Source: Azolla caroliniana (Eukaryota; Plantae; Polypodiophyta). From it: a stretch of 64,000 nt of DNA. Shown piece by piece: positions 61,696 through 64,000 of this stretch (within the stretch, counting starts at the first letter, position 1; every line of letters starts with the position of its first letter). The translations under genes were made by a program, and so were the position numbers. The DNA is taken from positions 13,454,001 to 13,518,000 of the forward strand of contig JBHGNT010000003.1 of assembly GCA_043228905.1 (NCBI GenBank), given 5' to 3'. A model generated the notes under the pieces. It ran no database searches. It was not told the DNA's origin and was given only the letters and a program-made list of their open reading frames with translations.

Positions 61696-64000
61696 GCATC
61701 CGTGTAGCCGACAAGTTGTTTGACTACACCTGTCCGATACAACAACTCCCTGTCCTTAGTGCCGCTAACATACCTGAGTATTCGGTGCACGCACTGAAGG
61801 TGCTCTACGGACGGGCGCCATAAATTGACTAATCAATCCGACCGAATCATTGAGGTTCGGCCGAGTGATGGTCAGATATATAAGGCTTCCGTTTATTTGT
61901 CGAAACCTTTTCGGATCGCATGTCGTTCCGGAGTCGGGGCAAAGCTTTACATTCCGGTCCAGAGGAGTAGAGCTTTACATTCCGGTCCAGAGGAGTAGAG
62001 ACGGATTTGCATTCCCTCATACCGAATTTGAAGAGCATACTCAACACATAATGGCACTAACTGATTAGTATGCCTTTTGGGGTGCGGATCACTTCGATCC
62101 CAAGGAAGTAATGAAGGTCTCCTAGATCCTTCATCTCAAACGATGCCGCGAGTTGGGATTTGATGCGGTCGATTTCGTCCAGGTCAGTCCCGGTGATGAC
62201 AAAATCATCCACATAGAGAAATATGCTCACCGGCCCGTTCCGACCTTGCCGAATGAAAAGTGAAGAGTCTGGTTTCGACGGAGCAAACCCCATCCAACGC
62301 AGTCATTGCGTGATCTTCCCCTTCCAAGCACACCTGGCTTGCTTGAGTCCGTAGAGGGACTTCTTCAATTAACACACTGCCGATGTATTAATTCCGGACT
62401 AAAATCCGGGGGGTTGAACCATAAACACTTGTTCCTCAAAATCACCTTGCAGGAACACGTTTTTCACATCCATTTGATGTAAATGACACCAATTCGCCAC
62501 TGCCACCGCAAGCAGGACACGAACGGTCATCATCTTTGAGACCGGCGTGAACATCTCATTGTAGTCGATGTCATACTTATGCGCTTAGCCTTTTGCCACT
62601 AATCGGGCCTTGTACCGGTTGATGGAGCCGTCGGTGTTGTATTTGGCTTTGTATACCCAATGAAAACCGATCGGCTTCACTCCTTTCGGTATGTCCACCA
62701 AATCCCACATCTCGTTTTCCGTGAATACGTGCATCTCTTCCTCCATAGCGGCACACCAATTTGCGTCTTTTTCCGCTTCTACGTAGCTCTGTGGCTCACG
62801 CACTTCCTCCAACTTCGTCATGTACGCATAATGATGCACCATGTACTCATTATATCCATATCATTTTACACGGTTCTTCTAGAGGGTGGATCGGCACAAC
62901 TTCTGGTTCACCGATTTTGTGGACCTCTTGGCCGACTCAGACTTCTCTTCTGAAGGTCCATCTCTATTTTGTCTGAAGTCAGATTTGGTCTGATCCAACT
63001 CATCTCTATCGGTGTCATACTCTGGCATCTTCTTCTTCCCCATCTTTGGCGGTGCGGTGTCTTACTCCAACATCTTCTTCTTCCCCTTCTCTTTGCGCAT
63101 GAATCGTCTCCTCGGTTCCTTGCGTGGGGAAAGCACGATTGAGTCTTCACTACTCACCGGCTCATCATCCGGTTGACCACTCCGACTCAACCAGTCCAGA
63201 TTCGATCCACTCATCTGCAGAAAAGTCTGTCTATCCGCCTGTTCAAATTCTACGACTCTTCTCTCTATTCCGGATTCCACCAGATCATCTACATCAATCG
63301 GCTCGGGTTTGGGTGGAGAGAAATACCAGGATGCCAATTCATCAAAAATGACATCTCGGCTAACTTAGATCACTTTCAATCGGGGGTTATAACACGTATA
63401 ACCCTTTTGTTCATCTGAGTAACCGACGAGAATGCATTTTTCCGCTTTCGTGTCTAACTTCCTCTGTTTTTCCTTCAGCACATGCACATATGCAATGTTA
63501 CCGAACAACCGAAGGTGTGCTAAATTCAGCTTCCACTCGAAGTACATCTTGTGCGGCGACACCTTTGTAACTGAGGCCGATATTCGATTTTGGATGTAGA
63601 AGGCTGTCCAAATTGCTTTGACTTAATAAAACTTGGGCATGCTTTTCTCCTCAAGCATCGCCCTTGCTACTTCTATCAGTGTCCTGGTCCGACGCTCGAC
63701 CATGCCGTTCTGCTCTGGCATGTATCTGCAAGAGAATTCCCGTCGAATTCCCTTCATCTGCAAATAACTCGTGAACTGGCCGGAAAAGTACTCTTTTCCG
63801 CCATCCGATCTCAGACACTTGATCTTTTTTTCAGTCTCGCGTTCGACAAGGTTCTTCAAATCCTGGAAGCACGAGAAGACCTCACTTTTCTTCTCTATTA
63901 GATAGATCCAATTGTGCCGGGTGAAATCGTCGATGAAGGAGACAAAATACCAACTCCCACTGATGCTCACGTTTTGTGTCGGTCCCTCCAGATGGGATAT

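Larger units (their letters stand above)
53141..64000 (-). mobile_element. Degenerate Ty1/Copia element I (integrase, RT, RNase H, 3' LTR) with two nested insertions
   Basis: 3' LTR 53141-53550 with PPT TTGAGGGGGAG; RNase H 55736-56053; RT (YKARLVAKG, YVDDFVI) ~61700-62842; integrase 63365-63970. Confidence 0.9.

Noticed and set aside
61943-62000. Short direct duplication in the Copia I RT region
   Set aside because: A local duplication in a pseudogene; no functional implication.

Overview
This is eukaryotic DNA, not prokaryotic. It is probably from a seed-free land plant such as a fern (inference from the element types). The window is essentially all transposable elements, nested at least four deep, with no ordinary host gene. 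An old LTR element (F, + strand, <1-45654) hosts a degenerate Copia (C) carrying a chromoviral Gypsy (A), a second Copia (D) carrying a non-autonomous LTR element (G), several solo LTRs, and a 25-kb chromoviral Gypsy (B, 18999-43958). B contains an 18-kb TIR DNA transposon (25474-43480, Sola2-like, 25-bp TIRs, TAGT TSD). It encodes an apparently intact spliced transposase and a convergent multi-exon cargo gene (RING-like plus degenerate FCP1/NIF phosphatase domain). Its large introns are arrays of the palindrome TAGCTAATTAGCTA, and it carries an intact young Copia (K). The right third holds more degenerate Copias (E, H, I) and a probably self-priming Tcn1/Tf1-like chromovirus (J). Most unusual: (1) two independent LTR elements (G, F) have a tRNA-3'-end-like sequence ending in CCA, i.e. 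an inverted second PBS, where the polypurine tract should be; (2) the cargo-carrying Sola2-like transposon and its palindrome arrays; (3) solo LTRs that repeatedly show a 4-bp ACGT target duplication. All boundaries were read by eye and family names come from motif recognition, not database searches.
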